From the NCBI GenBank assembly GCA_963667725.2, contig CAXXHO010000004.1, positions 72,892 to 136,891 of the forward strand: a stretch of 64,000 nt of DNA, in the 5' to 3' direction. The translations under genes were made by a program, and so were the position numbers. Shown one piece after another: positions 28,092-39,384 of the stretch. Under the pieces are notes generated by a model, which saw only the letters and a list, made by a program, of their open reading frames with translations, was not told the DNA's origin and did no database searches. Within the stretch, counting starts at the first letter, position 1, and the number at the start of each line of letters is the position of its first letter. Origin of the DNA: Treponemataceae bacterium (GTDB lineage Bacteria; Spirochaetota; Spirochaetia; Treponematales; Rectinemataceae).

Positions 28092-29186
28092 TCAGCGGCT
28101 GTAGCTCAGGATATCGCGCTCGTACGCCGCGCGGTCCATCGAGCGCAGGAAGGCCAGGGCGAAAGCCTTGGCGGCGGCGTAGTCGTCGTAGGTCATCATG
28201 CTGGAATTGGTGTGGATGTAGCGCGACGGCACGCCCACCGTGATCGAGGGGCAGCCCGAGCGCGTCGTGTGGATCTCGCCCGAATCGGTGCCGCCCAACG
28301 CCATGAAATGCTGGAAGGGGATGCCCTTGTCCTCGGCCAGTCTGGTCGAGTACATGAAAATGCCGCGATGCGTGATCGAGGTGCGGTCGATGTAGCGCAA
28401 AAGGACGCCCTTGCCCTGCTGGCCCAGCTCCTCGGGATCGCCCATGTTGTCGTTGGCGGCCGAGGACTCGAACACGATCGAGAGGTCGGGATCGATGGTG
28501 AAGGCGGCGGTCCTGGCGCCGCGCAGGCCCGACTCTTCCTGCACGGTGGCGCCGATGTAGAGGTCGACGCCCAGGTCCTCGTTCGCCACTTCCTCGAGCA
28601 CGTCCAGGGCGAGGCAGCAGCCGAAGCGGTTGTCCCAGGCCTTGGCGAGGAGCTTGGCGCCGCCGAAAAGCGGCACGAAGGGTCCGTCGATGACGATCAT
28701 GTCGCCCGGCCTGATGCCCGCGGCGAGCACGTCCTCGCGCGAGGCGGCGCCGATGTCCACCAGCATCTGGTCGATGGAGAGGAGCTTTTTGGCCGAATCC
28801 TCGGGCAGAAGGTGGGGCGGGATCGAGGCCACGCAGCCGGGATAGCCCTGGCCGGTGATGCTGGAATAGACGGTGACGCGCTGGGCCATGATCACATGCT
28901 CCCAGGTCCTGCCGATGGGGAAGAACTTGATGAGGCCCTTGGGCGTGATCTGCTTGACGATGAAGCCGACTTCGTCCATGTGGCCACCCATCATCAATTT
29001 CGGGGCGTTGGGGCGCCTGGATTTCTTGACGCCGAACACCGAGCCCAGGTTGTCGTAGACGAGTTCGGGGCAGAAGCGCGAAAGCTCCCGCTTCATGTAG
29101 TCGCGCACGCGCATTTCATGGGCCGAGATGCCGGGGATTTGCGTAAGCGTCCGGAAACGCTCCATCTGTTTCTCGTTGGGTACCAT
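28092..29186 (-). CDS. M42 family (glutamyl) aminopeptidase
   Basis: GHMDEVG, KAWDNRFG, TVQEESGLRGA, GGTD, RYIH. Confidence 0.93.
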   Translation of the reverse strand: MVPNEKQMERFRTLTQIPGISAHEMRVRDYMKRELSRFCPELVYDNLGSVFGVKKSRRPNAPKLMMGGHMDEVGFIVKQITPKGLIKFFPIGRTWEHVIMAQRVTVYSSITGQGYPGCVASIPPHLLPEDSAKKLLSIDQMLVDIGAASREDVLAAGIRPGDMIVIDGPFVPLFGGAKLLAKAWDNRFGCCLALDVLEEVANEDLGVDLYIGATVQEESGLRGARTAAFTIDPDLSIVFESSAANDNMGDPEELGQQGKGVLLRYIDRTSITHRGIFMYSTRLAEDKGIPFQHFMALGGTDSGEIHTTRSGCPSITVGVPSRYIHTNSSMMTYDDYAAAKAFALAFLRSMDRAAYERDILSYSR

Positions 29187-29204
29187 ATCGTTTCCTCCTG
29201 GGTA

Positions 29205-30205
29205 TCAGGCGAATTGTTCGGCCAGGCGGCACGCGACAAAACGGCCGGGTCTGACTTCGCGCAGGGCCGGGTCGGCGGCCGAGCATTCGGGCGAGGCGTA
29301 GGCGCATCGCGGGGCGAAGCGGCAGCCGGGCTTGGGGTCGATGGGCGAGCTGACCTCGCTCTTCAGGATGATGCGTTCCTTGCGCGCGTTCAGCTTGGGC
29401 ACGGGTATGGCCGACAGGAGGGCCTGCCCGTAGGGGTGGATGGGCCGCGCGAAGAGTTCCTCGGTGGGTCCGCGCTCGACGATCTGCCCCATGTACATGA
29501 TGACGATATCGTCGGAGATGTGCTTGACCACCGAGAGGTCGTGGGTGATGAAGAGGTAGGTCAGGCCCAGCTTGTCCTGGAGGTCCATCAGGAGGTTGAG
29601 GATCTGGGCCTGGATCGACACGTCGAGCGCGGAGACGGGCTCGTCGCAGACGATGAACTCGGGATCGAGGGCCAAGGCGCGCGCGATGCCGATCCGCTGG
29701 CGGCGGCCGCCGTCCAGCTCGTGGGGATAGGCGTCGTAGAGGCGGTCGGCCAGGCCGACGGTGGCCATGAGGCTCCGCACCCTGTCCTCGTACTCGGCCA
29801 CGCCCCTCACCTTTTTGTGGATCTTGAGGGGCTCGCCGATGATGGTAGCCACGGTGTGGCGCGGGTTGATGGAGGAGTAGGGATCCTGGAAGATCATCTG
29901 CATACGGGTGCGGAGCTTCTGGAGCTCGCGGTCCGAGGCGGCGGTGACTTCCTGGCCGTCGTAGAGGATGGAGCCCGCGGTCGACTCGTGCAGGCGCACG
30001 AGGAGGCGGCCGGTGGTGGACTTGCCGCAGCCGGACTCGCCGACCATGCCGAGGGTTCTGCCCTTGGCGATGTCGAAGCTGACGTCGTCCACCGCGTGGA
30101 GCTTGCCGTGGGCGGACTGGAAATATTTCTTGAGGCCGTTCACGCGCAGGATGGGCGCGCGGCGCCGGAGGCCGGGGCGGAAGCTGGTGTTTTGGCGCTG
30201 CTCAT
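29205..30205 (-). CDS. peptide ABC transporter ATP-binding protein (OppF type), one frameshift near the 5' end
   Basis: [27 protein letters not shown] 30205 overlaps the upstream stop and is one base out of frame. Confidence 0.88.
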
Positions 30206-30650
30206 TTGGCCCTCCCTTCGGTGGCGACAGCCGCGGAGCCGGTTTTCGCCGCGCCCTTCGCCGCGCCGGCGGCCGCGTAGAGGTGGCACTTTACGCGGTG
30301 GCCGCCAAGGTCCACGTCCGCGGGGTGCTCGGCCGCGCAGATGTCCATGGCGTGGGGGCAGCGCGGGCAGAAGAAGCAGCCCTCGGGCAGGGCGGTCGGG
30401 TCGGGCATCAGGCCGGGGATGGGCTTGAGCCGGTCCGTGGCCGTCGAGAGGTCGGGCAGGGAGCCGAAGAGGCCCTGGGTGTAGGGGTGGAGGGCTTTTC
30501 CGAAGACCTGCTCCACGGTGCCGTACTCGACGATCTCGCCCGAGTACATGGTGGCCACCTCGTCGCAGTTTTCGGCCACCAGGCCCAGGGAGTGGGTGAT
30601 GAAGAGCACCGAGGTGCCGTTCTCCCTGATGAGCGTGCGCATGAGGTCGA
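30202..30650 (-). CDS. 3' part of an OppD-type ABC ATPase, 5' part lost at the junction
   Basis: DLMRTL...[13 protein letters not shown]...HPYTQGL...GCFFCPRC; Walker A and signature motifs are absent. Confidence 0.85.
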
Positions 30651-30653
30651 TCG
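30648..30653. other. probable chimeric junction between two genomes
   Basis: OppD and a BACON-domain gene are both truncated at CGATCG; repeat families and frameshift density change here. Confidence 0.8.
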
Positions 30654-31739
30654 TCCCACTCCCTCCTGCCGCCGACACCGTCGGTCTCGATGGCGTGATG
30701 CCGAACGCACAGCCCGTCAATTGGTTGACCAGAAATGACTGGCCCGCGATGGACAGCGTTGTGCTGCGCGGCGGGCCGTCGTTGGCTTCCACGCTGAAGC
30801 CCACCGTGCCGCTGCCGGTCCCGGTCATGCCGCTCGTAATCGTCACCCAACTCGCCGGACTCGAAGCCTGCCACTGCGGGCATCCCTGCGGCGAACCGAC
30901 CACCACGAAGCCGTTCGACGCCGTCGGCCCCACTGCCACTGCTCCCGCCGACAGCGTGTTTATAACAGGTTGCTCCCAACGGGCTCGTCGTGTCCGTGAA
31001 CGACTGCGACGCCGTTTGCGGGCTTGGCGTGGAGTTGTCTTTCACTTTGCACGGAGAAGCTATAGGACCCCAGTGTCGCCGGCAAACTCCCCGACAGTCA
31101 CCACGCTTCCGCTCGTCGCACTCAACGACAATCCCGGCGGCATGTTGCCCGCCAGCGTCCACTGTACGACCCCGTGCCGCCGCTCGCGATGCACGTCGCG
31201 GAGAAGAGCACCGGCCCCGCATTGGGAGTGCATACCATGCTCAGCGGACTGCTCGACGCGCTCACAATCCCGGCCACCGCGAAATACGCGTGACCGCCCG
31301 GGGGAATTGGCGGGTTGAACACCACCGTTCCGGACGCCCGGTCCGGGCTGATATCGATGAACGATGTCCCCGGGCCCTCGAATCCGGTCGGACCGAACGG
31401 ACAACCCGGCGGTGCGGGAACGATGGGGCACAGACCGTTCCCGCTGAAGGCCAGGATGGGCGCTCCATTGCCGCGGATGGGTAGCGAGGTAAGCGGACGC
31501 GAGGAGGAGTTCTGCGCCCCCACCAGCGTGGCGCTCCCCATGCCGTCCACCGGCAGTTGGGTCGAATCTCGAAGCAGGGTTGTGGCGCCGTCCATGACGG
31601 TTACCAGGTAGGCACAACCGGTGCTGAAACCGATCGGCGGGGCATTGACTGAACAGCGGGTTCTGCGCCTCGGCGGGCGCGCCTGCCAATACCAGGACCA
31701 GTAAGAGCAGAAAGGTTCCTCTGAGGAGAATCCGAGCAT
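30651..31739 (-). CDS. 5' part of a secreted Ig-like/BACON-repeat protein, frameshifted and truncated at the junction
   Basis: [55 protein letters not shown] (BACON-like) and an ASGG...[11 protein letters not shown]g-like segment. Confidence 0.7.
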
Positions 31740-32151
31740 CGGATTAGTGTAACCCGACCGGCGAGTACTGACCAGGGGCCTCATCCGGAGCGTCGCTCCC
31801 CAACGCCCCCGAGGGACTGACACCTCCGTCCCCACGCACCCCGCACGAAGCCCGCAGCGCTCCGAGGCGCGGACGGAGCGTGTCTGTCCCAAACGGAACC
31901 CCAACGCCCCCCAACGCCCCCGCGGGACTGACACCTCCGTCCCCACGTACCCCGCCCAGACCCCGCCCGCTCGCGGAGGCGCGGACGGAGCGTGTCTGTC
32001 CCAAACGGAACCCCAACGCCCCCGCGGGACTGACACCGTCCGTCCCCACGCACCCCGCCCGGCCCCCGCCGCTCGCGGAGGCGTGGACGGAGTGTGTCTG
32101 TCCCAAACGGAACCCCAACGCTCCCCAACGCGCCCCGCGGGGACTGACACC

Positions 32152-33785
32152 GAGCCTGTCGAAATGAAAATGGGTACCCATAAGGATACCCAATGGCAGG
32201 ATCAGAAGAATCAATTGGCCTGCGAGGAATGGTGTTGCTTACTCTGGTAAGTGAAGCGTTTTCGCGACTGTAGCCTCGACCAGCCGTACCTGCTGCCGCC
32301 CTCTGTGTCCGACTGGCTGCCCGAGCAGCATGTGGCTCGATTCATCGGCGAAGTGGTCGACACTCTCGACCTGAGCAGCATCCTCAGCCAGTACCGACGC
32401 AACGACGCCCGCGGCGCCCCTGGCCTACCATCCGGTGATGCTCGTCCGCCTGTTGCTGTATGCCTACTGCATCGGTCAACCCAGCTCCCGCCGCATCGAG
32501 CGCGCCACCTACGAAGACATCGCCTTCCGCTACCTGAGCGCCGATCAGCACCCCCGATCACGCCACCATCGCGCACTTCCGCCAGCAACACCTCGAGCAA
32601 CTGGCCGCGCTGTTCACCGACGGTCTGGCGATGTGCCGTGAGGCGGGACTGGGTAAGCTCGGCAAGGTGCTGCTGGACGGCACCAAGATGGGCGCCAACG
32701 CCGCCCGGCAGCAATCGCGCAGCATGGAGAAGCTGACGCGCGAAGAAGAGCGCCTTCGCCAGCAGGTCGAACAACTGCTGGCCGAAGCCCAGACCACCGA
32801 TCAGAACGAGGATCAACTCTACGGCGCGGATCGGAGCGGCGACGAGTTGCCGGAAGGCTTGTCGGACGTCCACCAACGGCTGCAGCGCATTCAGGAAGCC
32901 AAACAGGCACTCCAGGAGCGCAACAAAGAGCGGCTCAAGGAGGCCGAAGAGGAACGCAAGGACGCAAAAGGCCAGCGGCAAGCCGCCGACAGCAGCGCAG
33001 AAGAAGCGCTACACGCGGGCGCGAGAAGCGGTCGCAAAGAATCTGGGCGCCATCAACCTGACCGATCCCGACTCGCGCATCATGAAAGCCGGCAATCGCG
33101 GCGGATACTTGCAGGGTTACAACGCTCAGGCAGCGGTCACCGAAGACCAGATCATCATCGCGGCCGACGTTACCGAACAGGAATGCGACAAGCAACAGCT
33201 GGTGCCGATGATGGTGTGCATTCGCGAAGGGTTGAAGGGTGAGCCGACGGCGGTGGTGGCCGACACGGGATACTACAGCGACGAAGCGGTGACGGACGCA
33301 TCGCTGGCGGAAGTAGACCTGTATGTGCCGCCGGACCGGGCCAAGCGGGGCGAGCCGTTGAAGGCGAACGCGCCGACGAGTGCGACGGCAGCGTCGATGC
33401 GAGAGAAGCTGTGGAGCGAAGCGGGCATCGAGTGCTATCAGCTGCGTGCTCAGACGATTGAGCCGGTGTTTGGGCAGATCAAGGAAGGTCGGGGGCTGCG
33501 TCGGTTCTTATTGCGGGGCACCAAGAAAGTGCGTTGTGAGTGGAAGCTGATTGCGCTGACGCACAATCTGCTGAAGCTCTACCGGCACAAGAATCCGGGT
33601 CGGAACGGCAGCCCATGGCGGCGCAAGGAGCGGAGAAGGGTGGTCGCGGTGCCGGCACCGTTCGGGTTGGGTTGCCGTTGCCGCCAGTCGCGACCGTGTC
33701 GCACACTGGCGGCTTGAGTCGGCACTTTTTGACGCGCGATACCCCTGCGCGCACTCTTCTGCCGGAAGTTTCATTTCGACAGCTC
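32152..33785 (+). mobile_element. IS1182-family insertion sequence
   Basis: terminal IRs GAGCCTGTCGAAATGAAA / TTTCATTTCGACAGCTC; CACC duplicated at 32148-32151 and 33786-33789. Confidence 0.9.
32251..33717 (+). CDS. IS1182-family DDE transposase (several frameshifts)
   Basis: LLPPSVSDWLP, SSRRIERA...FRYL, LDGTKMGANA, TDPDSRIMK, GYNAQ, ADTGY, IEPVFGQIK..RGLRRFLLRG. Confidence 0.9.
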
Positions 33786-34301
33786 CACCTCCGTCCCGAC
33801 GCGCCACGCCCGGCCCCCGTCACTCGCGGAGGCGCGGACGGAGTGTGTCTGTCCCAAACGGAACCTCAACGCTTCCCCAACGCCCCCGCGGGACTGACAC
33901 CTCCGTCCCCACGTGCCACGCCCAGACCCCGCCGCTCGCGGAGGCGCGGACGGAGTGTGTCTGTCCCAAACGGAACCCCAACGCCCCCCAACGCGCCCGC
34001 GGGACTGACACCTCCGTCCCCACGCGCCACGCCCAGACCCCGCCGCTCGCGGAGGCGCGGACGGAGTGTGTCTGTCCCAAACGGAACCTCAACGCCCCCC
34101 AACGCCCCCGCGGGACTGACACCTCCGTCCCTACGCGCCACGCCCAGACCCCCGCCGCTCGCGGAGGCGCGACGGAGCGTGTCTGTCCCAAACGGAACCT
34201 CAACGCCCCCCTCAACGCCCCCCCAACGCCCCCGTCTGTCCCGAACGGAGGCCCATCACCCCTGGCCTCACCAGCCACCCAAGTCCCGACAATCACGCCG
34301 A

Positions 34302-35360
34302 CTACGGCGGCAGCAACCGCCGTAGCCCGTGTGCGATCATCACCGCCGCAAAGACACCATTCCGCACCAGCAGCGCCAGGAACGGAAGCCTCATCCTTCC
34401 GCGTCTCGCCCCGGACGCCACCACCTCGCCCAGTCTCGACCCCTGTGCCTCGATCCATCGAGGACTTCTCGGCCAATCGAGGATTCCATCGCGCCACTCC
34501 TGCGGTATGCCTCCAGGCCCGACTCGGGCGCCAACAATCGCCCCTGCAATCGCCGCCATGGTGTCCGTGTCTCCGCCGCACTGGGACCACCTCACTTACA
34601 GCCGCCCGGTAATCCAAAGGATGCCGCAGCCACGCGTGCAGAGCCACAGGGGACACTCTGAAGGCAGTATCCTGACGGACCTCGACCGGGGCTAACCTGC
34701 TCGGCATAGGCAGCGGTGCTGGTGCCGGCCGTAACACTCGTCACCACCTCTTCGACTCGTTTCCAGTACTCGCCGACACCATCCATGTGCTCGCGGAGGG
34801 CCTTGTGGAAAGCCCCGGCGTCGGCGATCCCGCGCCTCGATAAGTGCGCGGCAATCGCCACCGACAACGCCGCGTGCTCAGCCTTCGGGTCAGTATGCGT
34901 AATCCGTGTAGAGAGGCTCACAAGTTTTCCGCATCCGCACCGGGTCCTGCCCATAACAAACGCCGATCAGCGCCGACCGCATTGCCGGGCCGTTTCCTGC
35001 CGAGAACACGCCGGAGTGCCGCGGACCGAAGCCCAGCCAGAGCTTGGTAGTCGCTCTCAATGTTGCCAGGCCGGTGCCGGCTGGCAAAGTCGCAAGCCAT
35101 GCGCGTAGGCCGCGGGCGAGTTCGCGCTGAAAGATAGCTTCGTCGCCGCCGGATTCAATCAGGGCATTCGCCAACAGGCATGTGTGTTCCGTGTCATCGG
35201 AAGTCATGCCGCGCCCGAACAACAGGCAATGCGAGTCGACCTTCGCGCACATCCGTCGTAACCGCCGAGGCGGCAGTCCCTCGAAAGGCAACCCGATCGC
35301 GTCGCCGACGGCCGTTCCGAGCATGCAGCCGACGATCGCATCCGTCGTTCGCGTCTCCAT
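34302..35360 (-). CDS. ADP-ribosylglycohydrolase family protein (frameshifted)
   Basis: GCMLGTAVGDAIG, TSDDTE, SAGNGPAMRS, ITH, GGDTDTMAAIAGA. Confidence 0.88.
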
Positions 35361-35448
35361 CCTGTATCGTAGACGCGTGAAAGAGCCATTTGGACGACTC
35401 GTGCAGACGCCAGCATGGCTCGCAGACCTCGCTTGCTACCATCAGCAA

Positions 35449-36037
35449 ATGGACCGGTCCAATGGCTACGAAGCCCGTCCTCGAGGGAGTTTCTCGCGCG
35501 TCGCGGCCATGCTCCCTCCGTCGGCATCGGAGCGAAGGAAGTGCGGAAATGGGCGAGATCACTGGCACGCGGCAGTAGCGTCATTGACTTGGGTTGCGGA
35601 CCGGGCTTTCCCATCACGGCCGTGCTGGTCGACGAAGGGCTGGATGTCTTCGCCGTCGATGCAGCCCCGTCGTTTGTCGCGGCATTCCAACGCAAACTGC
35701 CGGGAACGCCCATCATCTGCGACGCGGTCCCAGGAGTCGGAGTTATTTGGTCGGACTTTCGATGCTGTCTTGGCATGGGGGCTGATCTTCCTTCTCGACG
35801 CCGCCGATCAACATCGCCTGATCCGGAGATTCGCCGACGTCCTCGTGCCGGGTGGCCGTCTGCTATTCACCTCGCCGGCCCAGCCCGTCGTTTGGAACGA
35901 CGCCATGACCGGCCTGGAATCGCGCTCCTCTCGGTTCCGGGCAATACCGTAAACTGCTCAAAGCCGTCGGCATATCGGTAGCCAACGAGTACGAAGACGA
36001 AGGCGAGAATCACTACTTCGACGCCTTCAAGGAGTAA
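35449..36037 (+). CDS. class I SAM-dependent methyltransferase (frameshifted)
   Basis: VIDLGCGPG, FDAVLAWG, LVPGGRLLFT. Confidence 0.8.
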
Positions 36038-36097
36038 GTCGTGTAAGTGCGCCGGCTGGACCAATCATGTCCCAGGCGACATCGTTCGGCCTCGGAC

Positions 36098-36473
36098 TTA
36101 CGAGGCCGACGGCTCCCTCGTCGACGGCGCGAACGTGACGATTTGCCCCAACTTACCTTCAGGTGTAACACGGATGGCATCGTGTCCCAGCACGCCCGGC
36201 GTCCCATCGGGAAGGATCAGTTGCCACTCCATCAGTGCCACGTCGTGATGCTCCGAGACGCTGTGGAGCGCGAACTGCCCTCCTGGAAACTTCGCCTGAA
36301 ACTCGTTCATGTCGTCGATGACGACTTGATGGCCTGTCCCCTCCAACCTCGGAATGCGGTAGACCACCTCTGTCTCCCAGCACCGCGTCCACGATCCTGC
36401 GGCGCTCTTGGTCTGAGATAGCGGACCAGCCTTTGGCGTAACGCTTGTAAAGTTCGATTGCTTTCGATGGCAT
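36098..36473 (-). CDS. SnoaL/NTF2-like protein (frameshifted)
   Basis: YAKGWS...RRRIV...FQAKFPGGQF...HHDVALMEWQL...GKLGQIVTF. Confidence 0.65.
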
Positions 36474-36569
36474 ATCCTTGCACCGGCTCCTCGGATCCAG
36501 AATATTCAGTCCTGCTCACACCGTCGATAATCCCTGCACCGAATTCGTTTATCCGGAGTCCAATACTGG

Positions 36570-37495
36570 ATGGACCCTTTCGCCGATCTGATCGGTTTGC
36601 TCAAACCGCGGGCCACGCTGTGGGGGCCGCATCCAGGGCACCGGCAGGTGGGCCGTCTCCTTTCGCAAGCGCGATGACCTCCTCTTCTGCTGGGTCGAAG
36701 CTGGCGAGTGCCTTCTGACACGCCCCCATGCCGACTCGGGCGCGGCTGAGAACCGGAGACTTCGCCTTCATCCGGACCTCGTCGCCGTTTGCTCTGACAT
36801 CCGATCCGAAGCTGGAACCGGCAGACAGCGAGGCCATCGTCGCCGCGACAGGGGAGTACCGAGCTTGTGCTGGGAGACGCGACGGGGACCTGCACCATGC
36901 TCCGATGTGGTCGTTTCGTCTTCGACACGAACAACGAAGCGTTGCTGTGGAGCCTTCTTCCCTCTCTCATTCACATCCCGGCTGACCAGCAGATCTCCTG
37001 GCGCCTGCGCTCGTTACTCAACATGAACGACGCCGAAGGTCAACATCCGGGACCCGGCAGCGATCTCGTCGTCAGCCGTCTGATGGAGTTGACCCTCCTG
37101 GAACTGCTGCGTAGCGAAGTAGTGCGGCTGAAACCGGGAACAAAAGGTCTGCTCTCCGGTCTCGCCGATCCGGTCATCGCGAAATCGCTCTCAGCGATGC
37201 ATCGCGACGTCGCCGGCGTATGGACGGTGGCCCGCCTTGCACGCATCTCCGGCCGTCTCGCGGTCAACGCTCGCGGCCCGGTTTTCGGGCCGTGATGGGG
37301 ATCGGCCCCATCGAGTACCTGGCAAACTGGCGGATCGCCTTGGCGAAAGACGAGCTCTCCTGCGGAACAAAGACCATCGGAGAGATTGCTCTGTCCGTAG
37401 GTTTTCACTCTTCGAGCGCCTTCAGCACCGCATTCACCCGCGCGGCAGGTTGCTCGCCAAAACGATTCGCGACCCGGAGAGTGCCCGGCAAATAG
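36570..37495 (+). CDS. AraC family regulator with cupin domain (frameshifted)
   Basis: MDPFADLI..., LLSGLADPVIAKSL, WTVARLA, PIEYLANWRIALAK, IALSVGF..SSAFSTAF. Confidence 0.85.
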
Positions 37496-37599
37496 CCGAT
37501 CAGAAGCGCCGCCGGGGGGCGGACACGCACCGGCAACTCGCGCTGTCGCACGGCGAATGCGACAAGCCGAATCCGGGCCAGCCCCTGTGACGCTCGCGA

Positions 37600-38043
37600 T
37601 CACTCCCCAAGCAGCAGGACATGCTTGCTGTCGGTCGCCAGGCTCACCAGTCGACGGTCGAACGTGACCAGCACGGCGTTGTGAGTCACCGCGAGGCGCA
37701 GCAGGTACGCGTCAGTCACCTGTTTGTGTCCCAGGAGGTCGTTGAAGATCGGCTGACAGACGCTCGATACCGGCGCGGGTAGAGTGTCGAGGTAGGTGTG
37801 TAGCGGGTCGGCGACCATCCTCGCAAGCACTCCGGCGACCTCGCGAGGACTTCGCGCGGTGGCGACGATCAATGGATTGGACGACAACCGAATAAACCCC
37901 AGTTGGGTGAGTGCACACGTCGCCCACCGCTTACGCGAGGAGAGCGCGGCCAGGGCCTCTCGGTGAAACTGGTGGTTGGGCCAGGCGATCGCCAGTAGGA
38001 CGTTCACGTCCAATAGCAGCGGGCTAGAAGATGCCTTCTTCAT
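37600..38043 (-). CDS. vapC: VapC/PIN-domain toxin
   Basis: LLDVNVLLA..WPNH..H, TQLGFIR, QVTDAYLL.LA, LVTFD. Confidence 0.9.
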   Translation of the reverse strand: MKKASSSPLLLDVNVLLAIAWPNHQFHREALAALSSRKRWATCALTQLGFIRLSSNPLIVATARSPREVAGVLARMVADPLHTYLDTLPAPVSSVCQPIFNDLLGHKQVTDAYLLRLAVTHNAVLVTFDRRLVSLATDSKHVLLLGE

Positions 38044-38266
38044 CGATTGCGCGCTGGATCCGGGAGGCCGCGATCACGGGTGCATCTGCTGAAACGTCGA
38101 ATGTCGGGAATCGGCGTGTGGAACGGCGCGCGCCCTCGCCCGATGCCGGCTTCAATCCGCGCCGGGCGAGTGTCGAGAGCACCTTCCCGAGCCGTTCACC
38201 CGAGGTGCGCGACAGATGCATAGCGGCATCGTAGACGTCGTCGTCCAGCGTAACAGTGGTCCTCAC
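38024..38266 (-). CDS. vapB: VapB-type ribbon-helix-helix antitoxin
   Basis: MRTTVTLDDDV...GKVLSTLARRGL; overlaps vapC. Confidence 0.85.
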   Translation of the reverse strand: MRTTVTLDDDVYDAAMHLSRTSGERLGKVLSTLARRGLKPASGEGARRSTRRFPTFDVSADAPVIAASRIQRAIDEEGIF

Positions 38267-38394
38267 AGTCTCAGAATGATGTGGTGATACGCTGATGTCA
38301 AGCTGCCGAAGCCGCGAAGATCAAGGCGGCGCCAGTCGCCCAATCGGTCGCATCCAACCGGACGGATACCGCAATCTGCGCGGCAGTGCGCGAT

Positions 38395-38775
38395 CTAGAT
38401 TCGCTCCACCGCCACGTCGGCAGCGTGGGCCGCCAGCGCCTTCAGGTCGTCCGGATCCGACGTCAGCACGGTCCCCCCGGGTTCTGCGAATGCAACGACC
38501 AGTGCATCGACGGCTGACCCGCGACGCGCCAGTCGACGCAGGGTCGCAGCTCGCCGCGCCAGAGACTCCGGGACCGCATCGGCGATCTCACAGGTCTTGA
38601 GGAAACGATTCTCGTTTGCGTCGCGTCCTGCGTGCCCCTGCAGGCACTCCACGAGAACCACCGCCGGAACCGTTGGTGGCCACAGGCCCTCCTCGCGAAG
38701 GGCGACGATCAGCGCCAGAGCGTGGCGCGATCGCTCCGCCAGTTGACTGACGGCGCCCGAGTCGAGAATCAACAC
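38395..38775 (-). CDS. PIN-domain toxin
   Basis: LILDSGA, VPAVVLVE, SAVDALVVA, VLTSDPDDL. Confidence 0.85.
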   Translation of the reverse strand: MLILDSGAVSQLAERSRHALALIVALREEGLWPPTVPAVVLVECLQGHAGRDANENRFLKTCEIADAVPESLARRAATLRRLARRGSAVDALVVAFAEPGGTVLTSDPDDLKALAAHAADVAVERI

Positions 38776-38781
38776 AAAAGC

Positions 38782-39031
38782 CTAGCCTGCCTTCCGACCC
38801 GTGCGACCGGCGATTCGTTGTGCCAGGGGCGGCGGCGCGGGTGCGTTCTCGGGGAGTGGGTTCGCCGACCTGCGACTCCAGTTCGTCCGTGTACCGCCGG
38901 CTGGCGGTCTGCAGTTCCCGACGACGCACTTCGGCGCGCACGGCCTCCTGCAGCAGTTCGGACGCGGAGAGCCGGCGCTCCTTGACGATTTCGTAGAGAT
39001 CCGTCGGCAGGTAGACCTGCATGCGCGGCAT
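38782..39031 (-). CDS. antitoxin of the PIN toxin (frameshifted)
   Basis: MPRMQVYLPTDLY...LSASELLQEAVRAE directly upstream of the PIN gene. Confidence 0.75.
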
Positions 39032-39384
39032 ACGCCTAGTATACACACATGCATTCACGAGGTCGCGGACATCCACTCAGGACACAGCCTATCCGCAACC
39101 CAGGCGACGTTCACCTCGGCCGATTCGTGAGCCCGTTGAACGCTGGAGAAGACCCGGGGTTTCACGATCGCTCCATTTCAACACACGCGCCAGACGCGTG
39201 TTCAGCCGACGGGCGATCTCCCGCGCCGACAGGCCTTCAAGTGTGTATCACAACGGCCTTCGCGCGTCTCGCCTGTTCGGGCCGCGAAAGCTGCGAGATT
39301 GGAGGGACATTATGCCGGGAATCGGTCCGGCCTGACAGCATTGGCAATGTTTGCCAAGTCCGCTACGATGAATGGGGAGGGGCT

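Larger units (their letters stand above)
31813..34249 (+). repeat. tandem array of 7 ~111-bp hairpin units (REPIN/BIME-like), interrupted by an IS
   Basis: GGGACTGACAC starts at 31813, 31924, 32026, 32140, 33890, 34001, 34112; each unit reads GGGACTGACACCTCCGTCC...GGACGGAGYGTGTCTGTCCC followed by an AAACGGAACCYCAACGCC linker. Confidence 0.95.

Noticed and set aside
4857..30428. Many long overlapping ORFs (e.g. 4880..6007, 10791..12329, 12930..14846, 28212..30428)
   Set aside because: Antisense or alternate-frame shadows of recognisable high-GC genes
30202..30939. Novel BACON-ABC ATPase fusion protein
   Set aside because: The ORF spans the suspected chimeric junction and both halves are truncated genes
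31813..34249. CRISPR array
   Set aside because: The intervening sequences are near-identical rather than unique spacers, the unit is a ~111-bp long hairpin, and there are no cas genes
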